Assembly: GCA_913031135.1 (NCBI GenBank)
Contig: CAJWEH010000001.1
Span: forward strand, 1,482-65,481
DNA: 64,000 nt
Direction: 5' to 3'
Origin: an uncultured Puniceicoccaceae bacterium
Lineage (GTDB): Bacteria > Verrucomicrobiota > Verrucomicrobiia > Opitutales > Coraliomargaritaceae
Made by a program: the position numbers and the translations under genes
Shown: positions 31,448 to 41,060 of the stretch, one piece after another
Numbering within the stretch: position 1 is the first letter of the stretch
Layout of the letters: every line of letters begins with the position of its first letter
Notes under the pieces: model-generated
The model's database searches: none
What the model was told of the DNA's origin: nothing
Seen by the model: only the letters and a program-made list of their open reading frames with translations

Positions 31448-32386
31448 ATGAGCCAAGCTAAGGACAGTTCTAAAAATTATAAAGGTGTGGATAAACTGCT
31501 GACGGTTTCTTTATTTTTTTGTCTGTACTATACTTTAAGGCTATTTCCTGTGAAATGGGGATTTCAGTTTGGAGCATTTTTAGGCGGAGTTGCTTTTCAT
31601 TGCTTGAAGTTGAGGCGAGCAATTGTCCTTCAAAATTTACTTAGAGTCAAAGCCTGGACAGTTGCTAATCAAAAAGGGCACAGGCTTTTTGATAAAGATC
31701 CAATCGTTCTTACGAAGCAAGTCTTCGAGAGAAATTTTGCCAATATTGTCTCTGCTATATCTTTGTCTGGAAGACCACCAGAAGTTATTGAGAAGTTTAT
31801 CGAGTTCGATTCTCTCGAGGTAGTTTATGCGGTTTTAAAAAGAGGGAAAGGTGCCATCATCCAATTTCCGCATATGGGTCCCTGGGAATTAATGTCTGTT
31901 TTTTATTATATATTTAATAAATCGGGTGAGTCCCATACATGTGGTGCACTTTACAGACCTTTGAATAATTATTATTTAAATCGTTGGGCGTTTCAAAATC
32001 GATCTAAATATGGATTGCATCTATTGAGCAAGGATGACGGTTTTTTAAAAATCGTCCGATTCTTAAAAACCCCATCCGTTTTATTAGTCTCCCATGATCA
32101 AAGAATGCGAGAGGGGCAGCGTGTTTCACTTTTCGGTGAAGAAGCTTCGACCTCAAACATATTTTATAGCCTTCATAAAATGACGGATGCTCCAATCTTA
32201 ACATTTTCCTTTTCAAAAGTACAAAGGGCTAAAGAGTTAAAATGGAAGTTTCGGTTTTATGAATTGTCAACAGATGGATTAGAAGCTGAGGATGAAATAG
32301 GACTTTTAAAGCGTTCGAATGAGCTATTGGAGCAGGTTATCTTAGAGAGCCCTCTCGATTACTTTTTCTTTCAAAATCGTCACTAA
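31448..32386 (+). CDS. Lipid A late acyltransferase (LpxL/HtrB family)
   Basis: HMGPWE catalytic HxxxxE, YRPLNN, DQ motif, PLDYFFFQNR C-terminus. Confidence 0.82.
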   Translation: MSQAKDSSKNYKGVDKLLTVSLFFCLYYTLRLFPVKWGFQFGAFLGGVAFHCLKLRRAIVLQNLLRVKAWTVANQKGHRLFDKDPIVLTKQVFERNFANIVSAISLSGRPPEVIEKFIEFDSLEVVYAVLKRGKGAIIQFPHMGPWELMSVFYYIFNKSGESHTCGALYRPLNNYYLNRWAFQNRSKYGLHLLSKDDGFLKIVRFLKTPSVLLVSHDQRMREGQRVSLFGEEASTSNIFYSLHKMTDAPILTFSFSKVQRAKELKWKFRFYELSTDGLEAEDEIGLLKRSNELLEQVILESPLDYFFFQNRH

Positions 32387-32422
32387 TATGCATTCTCCTG
32401 AATAGTAGGTACAATAATTAGT

Positions 32423-34087
32423 ATGATTACATTAAAGAAATTTCTTCCTTATTTTAGGTATTTGAAGCCTGTTCGTGGTCATTTTATCTTAGGGATTCTA
32501 TTTGGCTTCCTTTTTTCGATCTCCAGTGGCTTTGGTATTCCGGTAATGATTGAAACTGTTTTCCCTATATTATTTGGCGAATCAGAGCAGGCCCCTGAAT
32601 GGTTGCAATCTATCGTTGAACAATTTTTTTCAAATAATGTTCAAGGAGGTTTTCTAATCATTTGTTCTCTACTCATCCCATTGATGGTGATAGTTCGAGC
32701 CGTCGCTAGTTGGGGAAATGGTTTTTTTATGAACTATACGGGCTTTTATCTTATAAAGAGCTTACAAAAAGCACTTTTTGATAAAATTCAGACACTGCCT
32801 TATTCCTTTTTTAAAGAAAATAAGACAGGAGAAATTTCAGCTTCTATTCTCGCCTATCCAGAGCAAATTAAGCGAATCGTTGTTGATATGAGTAATGATA
32901 TTTTAAAACAACCATTAACCTTGGTTGCGGCTATTAGTTTTCTAGTTTATAAGTCAGCTACGAGTAATAGTTTTTTTATTGCGGTGATTGGATTCTTAAG
33001 CGTGCCTATATTGGTTTTTCCGATTCGTATGATCGGCTCGTATTTATCTAAGCGTTCTAAGAAGATTGTTCAAAATCAGGAAGCCTTAGCTTCTTGGACT
33101 ATTGAGACGATACAATCGCCAATTGAAATTCGTTCCTTCAATTTAGAGGAACGCCAAAAAGGTCGTTTTCACTCATTTATCGATCAAATATTCACTTTAA
33201 CCGTAAAAAGTATCCGAACGAGCCTATTGATTTCTCCGAGTATTGAATTTGTATCGAGTTTAGGTTTTGCTTTTGCCTTGTATTTAGGTGTTCAAAAAGG
33301 AATGTCCCAAGGTGAGTTTTTAGCCTTATTTATAGCTCTTTATATGGCTTACAGCCCAATTAAGCGATTAGGGCAGATGCATGGCTTAATTAAGCAAATT
33401 GAAGCACCGCTCAACCGAGTCGAGCGTATCATGAATCTTGAGGAATCGGTGAAAAGCCCAACTAATCCCGTCAAAATAAATAAACCCATTCAAGGTCATA
33501 TTGATTTTGAGGAGGTGTCTTTTTTCTATGAAGAGGGAAAGCCTATTTTAGAGTCTGTGAGTAAAAGCCTTAAGCCAGGTGAACCTTTTATATTGTCGGG
33601 GGAGAGTGGTTCAGGCAAGTCGACATTTGTTAATTTAATCATGCGATTGTATGATCCAACTGCAGGAATCATTAAACTTGATGGGATTGATTTGAAAAAC
33701 TATGACCTGCATGATTTGAGGCAACAGATTGCCTATGTCCCTCAAATGCCACTATTATTCAATTGTTCGGTCATGGAAAATATTCGAATCGGTAAACCAA
33801 ATGCTTCCGATGAAGCTGTTTATCAAGCCGCTAAGGATGCCAATGCGTATGATTTCATCACGGCACTATCCAATGGATTTGACACCGTGCTCTCAGAAAA
33901 AGGCAGTTCACTTTCAGGAGGTCAAAGACAGCGTATCGCAATCGCACGTGCAATTTTAAAAGATGCTCCAATTATGATTTTTGACGAAGCGACATCTGCC
34001 TTAGACAAAGATAATAAACATATTATTAATATTGCCATAGGTGATATATCTTCTAATAAAACAATAATTTCTATAACACATATGTAG
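32423..34087 (+). CDS. MsbA-like ABC exporter (TMD + NBD), apparently C-terminally truncated
   Basis: Six-TM domain; GESGSGKS, LSGGQRQR, FDEATSALD; ends TIISITHM* one residue after the switch His. Confidence 0.85.
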   Translation: MITLKKFLPYFRYLKPVRGHFILGILFGFLFSISSGFGIPVMIETVFPILFGESEQAPEWLQSIVEQFFSNNVQGGFLIICSLLIPLMVIVRAVASWGNGFFMNYTGFYLIKSLQKALFDKIQTLPYSFFKENKTGEISASILAYPEQIKRIVVDMSNDILKQPLTLVAAISFLVYKSATSNSFFIAVIGFLSVPILVFPIRMIGSYLSKRSKKIVQNQEALASWTIETIQSPIEIRSFNLEERQKGRFHSFIDQIFTLTVKSIRTSLLISPSIEFVSSLGFAFALYLGVQKGMSQGEFLALFIALYMAYSPIKRLGQMHGLIKQIEAPLNRVERIMNLEESVKSPTNPVKINKPIQGHIDFEEVSFFYEEGKPILESVSKSLKPGEPFILSGESGSGKSTFVNLIMRLYDPTAGIIKLDGIDLKNYDLHDLRQQIAYVPQMPLLFNCSVMENIRIGKPNASDEAVYQAAKDANAYDFITALSNGFDTVLSEKGSSLSGGQRQRIAIARAILKDAPIMIFDEATSALDKDNKHIINIAIGDISSNKTIISITHM

Positions 34088-34116
34088 TAATATAATAATA
34101 CTTATTCTTATCTATA

Positions 34117-35301
34117 ATGAATTCTTTTTTTATTATATTTCCAGTCTTTCTCTTACATATTTTACCGTTCTCATTTTTCATTGGTCGAGCTACTACAGAT
34201 ATTATATTCAGCTCTCTAGTGCTGATTTTTTTATTAGGATTAGTTCTGAAGTATTTTAAATTCGATGACTTTCCCAAATGGTTTCTCTGCGCTTTGCTAT
34301 TTACCTTTTCTGTAATAGTTTCAGCCATTATAAATAGTACTGTAACGGATCATTTTCTCCAGGCTTTTGTTTGGATTCGCTTTCCACTTTTTTTTCTTTT
34401 TGTAGTGTATCTTTTTAATGCTTTCCCTGAAAAATTTAGACATTTTTTATTCATTAACCTATTAGCACTACTTGTTTATTTAAGTTTTAATTTGTATGAG
34501 TCTTTTTTTGATTTAAAAACAAGGTTTGAGATTCCTTTTGATAATCCGATTTCTGGGGTTTATTTCGCAAGGGTTTCTTTGCCATTAATATTAATGGCTT
34601 TTATTTTGTTGAATAATCAAAAGAGGATCATCTCTCGCCGCCCTTTATTGATTTTATTTATTTGTAGCCTTTTTGTATTTGCAATGTTTATGACGGGTCA
34701 TCGAAATGGATTAATAGGATTAGCGTTAGGTGTGTCGTTAGTTACAGCTCTATCATCCCTACATTTAAAGGGATTGTTTTTAGTAGTGCTTTCAGTTTCA
34801 TTGGGCATAACATTGGGATTCATTGTCAAAAATAGTTACTCGGATCATTACACAAAAAAGGTACTTGCTCATAAAACTCTATATATGAATGTTTATGAAC
34901 GTGGCATTAAATATTTTGTGGATAAACCAATTTTTGGTCATGGTCCTAAACAAGTCGAAAAAGGTGAATTATATTTACAAGCTGTTAGAGGGCCAAATCA
35001 TCCCCATAACCATTATATACAAGCATTTGCTGAATTAGGGATTCTTGGTGGTTTTGCCTATATTGCTTTGGTTCTTGGTCTCTTATTTAAGTTTTTTGCC
35101 TTAAGGCAAAGTGATAATAAATTTTGGGTGGCTAGTTTTGTTACTTTAATTGTATTTTTTTCGCCTATATTTCAAACGCACGATTTATGGAGTGCTCAAT
35201 TTAACGGATTTACTTGGTATGCAATTGGGTTTTGTTATTTTATCTCTCGAAATAATAAATTGTTAGACGAAAATACTTTTCAATTAGAATCAAAGTTTTA
35301 G
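34117..35301 (+). CDS. O-antigen ligase (WaaL/Wzy_C) family membrane protein
   Basis: Multi-TM; TGHRNG, PIFGHG, HPHNHYIQAFAELGILG; AT-rich DNA. Confidence 0.82.
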   Translation: MNSFFIIFPVFLLHILPFSFFIGRATTDIIFSSLVLIFLLGLVLKYFKFDDFPKWFLCALLFTFSVIVSAIINSTVTDHFLQAFVWIRFPLFFLFVVYLFNAFPEKFRHFLFINLLALLVYLSFNLYESFFDLKTRFEIPFDNPISGVYFARVSLPLILMAFILLNNQKRIISRRPLLILFICSLFVFAMFMTGHRNGLIGLALGVSLVTALSSLHLKGLFLVVLSVSLGITLGFIVKNSYSDHYTKKVLAHKTLYMNVYERGIKYFVDKPIFGHGPKQVEKGELYLQAVRGPNHPHNHYIQAFAELGILGGFAYIALVLGLLFKFFALRQSDNKFWVASFVTLIVFFSPIFQTHDLWSAQFNGFTWYAIGFCYFISRNNKLLDENTFQLESKF

Positions 35302-35331
35302 ATAAATGAGTGATTTTATTTATGTTCTGCT

Positions 35332-35439
35332 TTAAGTGGATCTAAAACTAGTTTCTTTAATCTTGTGAGAGGTTTTTAAGGCTTTATAAATAGTTCCCCA
35401 GAGGATCGTAATGATGTGCGTGATCGATTTGTTAGTCAT
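35332..35439 (-). pseudogene. Probable N-terminal remnant of a glycosyltransferase-like gene
   Basis: 35-codon ORF MTNKSITHIITILWGTIYKALKTSHKIKETSFRST* starting 4 nt after the GT4 stop; IITILWGTIY resembles the (I/V)ICxKWGxKY N-terminus I recall from LPS-locus glycosyltransferase-like proteins. Confidence 0.4.
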
Positions 35440-35443
35440 TATA

Positions 35444-36550
35444 TTAGTGTAAAAGAGATTCGTAAACTTTAAGTATTTTTGCATTCATTACTTTCAATGT
35501 AAACCGCTTGTTTTCTTTTGGCTTAAGTGATTTTTCAGATTCGATGTAGTGGGCAAGTTTAGTTTTCATGGAGGAAAGTTTGTCCGGTTTTATCATACCT
35601 TCTGGAAGTAATTCAGTTAGTTGTTCTCGGACACCCCCATGGGCATAGGCAAAGACTGGCTTTCCGATACTAAGTGCTTCTAAGGTTACCCTTCCAAAGG
35701 CTTCTGGATCTTTTGAGCAGGATATAATAAGATCAGAGCAATACATGATTTGATGGATGTCCTTTCGGTGCCCTAAAAAAGTAATATTTTTATTTAGCTT
35801 CAGGTGATATAGTTTCTTTTTAAGTATTCGGTAATAGCTTTTTTTATTAGGATGCACATCCCCAACGACCAATCCGTGTATGGGCAGTTTTCGATGTTTC
35901 AAAAAACGAATGATTTCCATAAAATCCTCTTGCCCTTTCCATGCGCTGATGCGACCGGGAAGGGTAAGGATGAATTGATTCTTTAAGTGTTTGTTTTGTC
36001 TATTCCATTTAGCTAGCCACTCATCACTTGGTTTGTAATTGCTGTGATAGTGATTCGTATCAACACCACGATAAATCACTTTTATTTTTTTATTTTTCGC
36101 TGAGGGATAATTTTTCAAGACGTACTTTTTGACTGATTTGGATACGCAAATGATGGTTTCACCTTTTGTCATTATAGCGGAGTAGGGATTGACTGAGTAA
36201 AATCCGTGTACGGTCGTAACTAATTTAGGGCGTTTTGACTTGGAGATTAGATTCCAAGCAAGGTATACAATCCAAGCGGGCATTCTAGAGCGTAGGTGTA
36301 CAATATCAAAGTTTTCAGTTTCAAGAAGTCGTTTAACTCTAAAAATGTGCCGTAGTGAGAAGAGACTCTTTTTATGAACTGAGAGTTGAATATGTTTGCT
36401 ACCAGAAGCAGTCAGTTCAGGAACGAGTCTTCCTCCATTAGAAAGGACAAATGATTGATGTCCTTTTTGAATTAAATAATCAGCAAATTCAAGAGTGCCT
36501 CTCTCAACACCCCCAGAATTTAATTCAGGTAATACTTGCAATACTTTCAC
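35444..36550 (-). CDS. Glycosyltransferase family 4
   Basis: PELNSGGVERGT, RSRMPAW, TVHGFY, GRISAWKG, PEAFGRVTLEA. Confidence 0.92.
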   Translation of the reverse strand: MKVLQVLPELNSGGVERGTLEFADYLIQKGHQSFVLSNGGRLVPELTASGSKHIQLSVHKKSLFSLRHIFRVKRLLETENFDIVHLRSRMPAWIVYLAWNLISKSKRPKLVTTVHGFYSVNPYSAIMTKGETIICVSKSVKKYVLKNYPSAKNKKIKVIYRGVDTNHYHSNYKPSDEWLAKWNRQNKHLKNQFILTLPGRISAWKGQEDFMEIIRFLKHRKLPIHGLVVGDVHPNKKSYYRILKKKLYHLKLNKNITFLGHRKDIHQIMYCSDLIISCSKDPEAFGRVTLEALSIGKPVFAYAHGGVREQLTELLPEGMIKPDKLSSMKTKLAHYIESEKSLKPKENKRFTLKVMNAKILKVYESLLH

Positions 36551-37296
36551 TTTGAAGAACGAGCTTTTCGTTTTTGAACTGTTATCTTTCTGCTTAAAGC
36601 AAGCATTGGAAGGGCTGAAACAATCCCTATACTGGCTCCAGCAATCACATCAGAGGGGTAATGTTGTCTTAGGTGTATGCGAGTGTATCCGATGTAGGTT
36701 GCATAGGCAATGAGCGGTGAACAGAGAATTGGGTTTAAACTGAGAAGAGTGGTTGTGGTTGAAAACGAGGAAGAGGTGTGTCCTGAAGGGAAGCTGTGGT
36801 ATTTATGTTTTAAATTAAAGGGTTTGAAGGTGTCGCTCAGTTCCATCCGTTCCGCAACAATGGGACGTAATCTCCCAAATGCTACTTTTGAAACACGTAT
36901 GCTTAAGGTTGAGAAAATAAGGGTTACGAGTACAGCCATACCGATTAGCCTTAGATAATTAGATTTCTTGAAAGTCGAAACTACAAGAAGCAAGGCAATG
37001 GCCAGCAGGTGATACAGGTATTCAGTTGTCCAAGAAGCCGCTTCTGATAGAGCAAGGGGTGGTGTTGGAAGGATTAATTGTTCACTGAGATTAAAATTAG
37101 GCGTTTCATGGGGGATTAGAAAGAGAAATAAGCAGAGGAAGAGGAGTCCCAGTGAAAGTAAAATAAATCGAGCCTGACTTTTGTACCATAGGCAATAATA
37201 GAGAAAGAGTTTTTTAAACTGAACCCAATAATTGGAAGAATCGACTAAACCTGCTTCTAGTTGGTCTAATTTAGAGCGGTGGGTATTATCTGACAT
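36547..37296 (-). CDS. PAP2-family membrane phosphatase (possibly lipid A or undecaprenyl-PP phosphatase)
   Basis: KVAFGRLRP, SFPSGH, TRIHLRQHYPSDV; LPS-locus context. Confidence 0.88.
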   Translation of the reverse strand: MSDNTHRSKLDQLEAGLVDSSNYWVQFKKLFLYYCLWYKSQARFILLSLGLLFLCLFLFLIPHETPNFNLSEQLILPTPPLALSEAASWTTEYLYHLLAIALLLVVSTFKKSNYLRLIGMAVLVTLIFSTLSIRVSKVAFGRLRPIVAERMELSDTFKPFNLKHKYHSFPSGHTSSSFSTTTTLLSLNPILCSPLIAYATYIGYTRIHLRQHYPSDVIAGASIGIVSALPMLALSRKITVQKRKARSSK

Positions 37297-37441
37297 CTTT
37301 AGCTTTTCAAATGGTATTGTATTATAACGTTGTTTAATGGGTTTATTTTATTCAAACCTTTTACACAATAAACTTTTCTATTTTTTTAAATCAATTAAGA
37401 GTTTATTTTCTATTTTAAAAATTCAATACTCTAATCATAGC

Positions 37442-38713
37442 ATGATCGATATTAAACTATTACGAGAGCAACCAGAACAAGTAAAAGAAGCAATCTCTAG
37501 GAAAAAGTTCAGTGTAGACATTGATCAGGTCATTAAACTCGATGCTGTTCGTCGTGCAAAAATTACTGAAGCAGAATCTGCGAAAGCAGCACAGAAGGCG
37601 GCGAATCAAGAAATGGCACAATTAGTCAAAGGGTCCCCTGAATTCCTTGAAAAAGTTGCCACCATGAAGTCGCTCTCATCAAGTACTAAGGAATTAGAAA
37701 CATTGGCAAAAGAAGCAGACGAAGCCTTTCAGGCGGCATTTTTAGAAATCCCAAACATGCCTGACGTTAGCGTTCCAAGTGGTCATACAGAAGCCGACAA
37801 TGAAGTGGTAAAAACTTGGGGTGCGATTGATGGCCCATTTCCAAATGCACGACCGCATTATGACATCCCATGGTTTGAATCTAGAATTGACTTCGCTCGA
37901 GGTGTCAAAGCGACGGGTGCAGGATTTCCTTTCTATGTCGGAGAAATGTCTCGTATGGTTCGGGCATTGATCAATTATTTCTTAGAGGTAGCTCATCAAA
38001 ATGGCTACGAGGAGGTGAGTCCTCCAATCGTCGTAAATGCTGAAAGTGCTACAGCTACGGGTCAACTGCCTGATAAGGAAGGTCAAATGTATTGGGATGC
38101 TAATGAGGGCTTTTATTTAATTCCCACAGCTGAAGTGCCTGTGACTAATTTTTATAGAGAGGAAATTTTAGAGGCAAAAAACCTTCCTATTTATCGCTGT
38201 GCCTATACGCCTTGTTTTAGAAGAGAAGCCGGAAGCTGGGGGGCTGACGTTCGTGGGCTCAATCGCTTGCATCAATTTGATAAAGTTGAGTTGGTTAAAT
38301 GGACAACAGCCGAGACGAGTATGGATGAATTAGAGCAGCTGCGTTCAAATGTGGAACAAATACTAGAAGCCTTGGAGCTACCCTTTAGGGTTTTGAAAAT
38401 GTGTAGTGGGGACATTGGTTTTCCGCACGCAAAACAGTATGATTTAGAAGTCTTTGCGGCTGGGCAAAAACGTTGGTTAGAGGTGTCTAGCTGTTCGAAT
38501 TTTACTGACTTCCAAGCTAGAAGAGCAGGGATTCGTTATCGTGATCTCGAAGGCAAGCTCAAGACAGCACACACCTTGAATGGTTCAGGCTTGGCGATAC
38601 CTCGGGTTTTGGCTGCTATTTTAGAAAATAATTTAGAAGAGGATGGACGAGTTCGAATCCCTGAAGTATTGAATAAGTGGATGCCTGAAACGCATCTAGG
38701 AGAAACGCAATAA
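37442..38713 (+). CDS. serS: Serine--tRNA ligase
   Basis: MIDIKLLR (ATG 37442), LIPTAEVP, FRREAG, HQFDKVE, EVSSCSN, TLNGSGLA. Confidence 0.98.
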   Translation: MIDIKLLREQPEQVKEAISRKKFSVDIDQVIKLDAVRRAKITEAESAKAAQKAANQEMAQLVKGSPEFLEKVATMKSLSSSTKELETLAKEADEAFQAAFLEIPNMPDVSVPSGHTEADNEVVKTWGAIDGPFPNARPHYDIPWFESRIDFARGVKATGAGFPFYVGEMSRMVRALINYFLEVAHQNGYEEVSPPIVVNAESATATGQLPDKEGQMYWDANEGFYLIPTAEVPVTNFYREEILEAKNLPIYRCAYTPCFRREAGSWGADVRGLNRLHQFDKVELVKWTTAETSMDELEQLRSNVEQILEALELPFRVLKMCSGDIGFPHAKQYDLEVFAAGQKRWLEVSSCSNFTDFQARRAGIRYRDLEGKLKTAHTLNGSGLAIPRVLAAILENNLEEDGRVRIPEVLNKWMPETHLGETQ

Positions 38714-38718
38714 AAAGT

Positions 38719-38943
38719 ATGATTGATTTATTTTTTGAAGAATTAAAAAATTGGAATCCACTTGTCTGGGGAGGCTTTGTCGCTGCTATAGTATTGCTTT
38801 TTCATTTCTTAAAGGGGCTCAGTAAGCTCGTCATTATCTTACTCATCCTCTTGTTGATCGGCTACTCAGTCTTTTATTTTAACCCTGATCTTTTTGATAA
38901 CGCATTGAAATTTGTTTATCAAAAATGGAACGAGGTTTTTTAA
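38719..38943 (+). CDS. Small two-TM hypothetical membrane protein
   Basis: 74 aa with two hydrophobic helices; fills the serS-proS gap with 5-nt spacers. Confidence 0.65.
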   Translation: MIDLFFEELKNWNPLVWGGFVAAIVLLFHFLKGLSKLVIILLILLLIGYSVFYFNPDLFDNALKFVYQKWNEVF

Positions 38944-38948
38944 ATGTT

Positions 38949-40448
38949 ATGGCAAAAAAAGTTCAAAATGCAATCAGCCCAAGCAGGGAAGAGAATTATC
39001 CAGAATGGTATCAGCAGGTTATTAAAGCTGCCGATTTAGCAGAAACCTCTCCAGTGCGTGGGTGTATGGTGATTAAGCCGTGGGGTTACGCCATTTGGGA
39101 GAACATCCAAAAAGAATTAGACCGAAAATTTAAAGCTACCGGTCATAAGAATGCTTATTTTCCTCTGTTTATTCCAATGCGCTATTTGCAAAAAGAGGCA
39201 GATCATGTGGATGGATTTGCAAAAGAATGTGCCGTTGTTACGCATTCGCGTTTGGAGGCAGATGCGAATGGGCAGCTACAACCTGCAGGGGAATTAGACG
39301 AACCGTTAATCGTTCGCCCGACCTCAGAGACTATAATTGGAGAGTTGTTTTCAAAATGGGTACAGTCGTATCGTGATTTGCCCTTGTTGATCAATCAATG
39401 GGCGAATGTCGTGCGTTGGGAAATGCGAACCCGCCTCTTTTTGAGAACGGCTGAATTTCTTTGGCAAGAAGGTCACACCGTTCACGCGACAGAAGACGAT
39501 GCGATGGAGGAGACAATTAAGATGCTCGATATTTATGCCAAATTTTCTGAAAAATATTTAGCCATGCCGGTGATTAAGGGAGAAAAAACGGAAGCAGAGC
39601 GCTTTCCAGGTGCAGATGCTACTTACTCTATTGAAGCCATGATGCAGGACAAAAAAGCATTACAGGCAGGAACGTCACACTTCCTCGGACAGAATTTTTC
39701 TAAATCCTGTTCGATAAAGTTTTTGAACAAGGATTCTCAAGAAGAGCTCGCATGGACGACCTCTTGGGGGGTTTCTACTCGGCTAGTGGGTGGATTGATT
39801 ATGACGCATTCCGACGATGACGGCTTAGTGCTACCGCCAGCGATTGCACCGGCTCATGTGGTGATTTTGCCAATCACACCCAAGGAAGAGACTCGAGCAG
39901 CGGTTTTGGATTATTGTCATGAACTCAAACAAACTCTAGAAGCTCAGGAATTCATGGGAGAATCCGTTCGTGTTGAGCTAGATGATCGAGATATTCGAGG
40001 TGGAGAAAAAACCTGGAGCTGGGTCAAAAAAGGCATCCCCGTTCGAGTGGAAGTCGGTCCTCGAGATATGGAGAAAGACTCCGTTTTTATGGCACGAAGG
40101 GATCAAGGGGTCAAAGACAAGGAGAGCAAAGCCAAGTCTGACTTTATCACGGAAATCAGTGCCTTACTCGAATCCATACAGACAAACCTTTATAATAGAG
40201 CTAAAGCCTTTCAGGAATCGAATACCCAAGTACTTGGGAGCAAGGACGCATTTGAAGCCTACTTTGCCTCGGAAGAGGCAGGCTTTGCCTCGGTTGGTTT
40301 TTGCTTAGATCCTGACTTAGAAGATTCGCTCGCAAAACAATTTAAAGTTTCCGTTCGCTGTATCCCGAATGATACGGTGGACGAGCAGCACACTTGCATA
40401 TTCACTGGACAAGCCGGTAAGCGTGTGATTTTCGCGCGCTCCTATTAG
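38949..40448 (+). CDS. proS: Proline--tRNA ligase, archaeal/eukaryote type
   Basis: WYQQVI, RPTSETII, QWANVVRWE, FLWQEGHT, LQAGTSH.LGQNF, FARSY end; no INS editing domain. Confidence 0.97.
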   Translation: MAKKVQNAISPSREENYPEWYQQVIKAADLAETSPVRGCMVIKPWGYAIWENIQKELDRKFKATGHKNAYFPLFIPMRYLQKEADHVDGFAKECAVVTHSRLEADANGQLQPAGELDEPLIVRPTSETIIGELFSKWVQSYRDLPLLINQWANVVRWEMRTRLFLRTAEFLWQEGHTVHATEDDAMEETIKMLDIYAKFSEKYLAMPVIKGEKTEAERFPGADATYSIEAMMQDKKALQAGTSHFLGQNFSKSCSIKFLNKDSQEELAWTTSWGVSTRLVGGLIMTHSDDDGLVLPPAIAPAHVVILPITPKEETRAAVLDYCHELKQTLEAQEFMGESVRVELDDRDIRGGEKTWSWVKKGIPVRVEVGPRDMEKDSVFMARRDQGVKDKESKAKSDFITEISALLESIQTNLYNRAKAFQESNTQVLGSKDAFEAYFASEEAGFASVGFCLDPDLEDSLAKQFKVSVRCIPNDTVDEQHTCIFTGQAGKRVIFARSY

Positions 40449-40454
40449 TTGCAC

Positions 40455-41060
40455 TCACTGCTTTTGTTTTAGTTTGTTTAACTTCGGCTTGATGACGAAC
40501 AAGGAGTAGGGGTGCATCGGGTTAGTGTTATAGAAATCTTGGTGGTAACGTTCCGCCTCATAAAATGTTGAAGCGGGCGTGATTTCCGTAACGATGGGAT
40601 CATCAAAATCTGCGGCTGCTTGTTTCTTAGATGCCTCTGCAAGGGTCTTTTGCACCTCGTTATGATAAAAGATAGCCGAGCGGTATTGTGTTCCTACATC
40701 GGCTCCTTGACGGTTTAAGGTCGTTGGATCATGAGTCTTCCAAAAATAGTTTAGTAGTGTCTCAAAGGAAATGATAGACCGATCAAAGGCTATTTGTATG
40801 ACTTCTGCATGCCCACTAGTGCCCGTACAAATGGCTTGATAGTTTGGATTTTCAAGACTCCCACCCGTATAGCCTGATACCACAGAATGAACACCCTCTA
40901 AATTTTGAAAGACGGCTTCTACGCACCAAAAGCAACCAGCACCTAGGGTTGCTCGTTCAAGAGAATCTTGTTCAGAAGTATCCATAGCAAATAAGACAGT
41001 ATTAGTAACACAGATCGTTAAGAGTGCAATGAAACGAATAGGATTTTGTATTGAATTCAT
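40455..41060 (-). CDS. msrA: Peptide-methionine (S)-S-oxide reductase with N-terminal signal-like segment
   Basis: GAGCFWC, GHAEV, HDPT, QYRSAIF, AERYHQ. Confidence 0.95.
   Translation of the reverse strand: MNSIQNPIRFIALLTICVTNTVLFAMDTSEQDSLERATLGAGCFWCVEAVFQNLEGVHSVVSGYTGGSLENPNYQAICTGTSGHAEVIQIAFDRSIISFETLLNYFWKTHDPTTLNRQGADVGTQYRSAIFYHNEVQKTLAEASKKQAAADFDDPIVTEITPASTFYEAERYHQDFYNTNPMHPYSLFVIKPKLNKLKQKQ

Noticed and set aside
37337..37441. Apparent N-terminal extension of SerS (similarly CimA, CarB, SOUL, PLD)
   Set aside because: Longest-ORF artefacts; family-typical N-termini start at downstream codons (37442, 27932, 57026, 41620, 3076).
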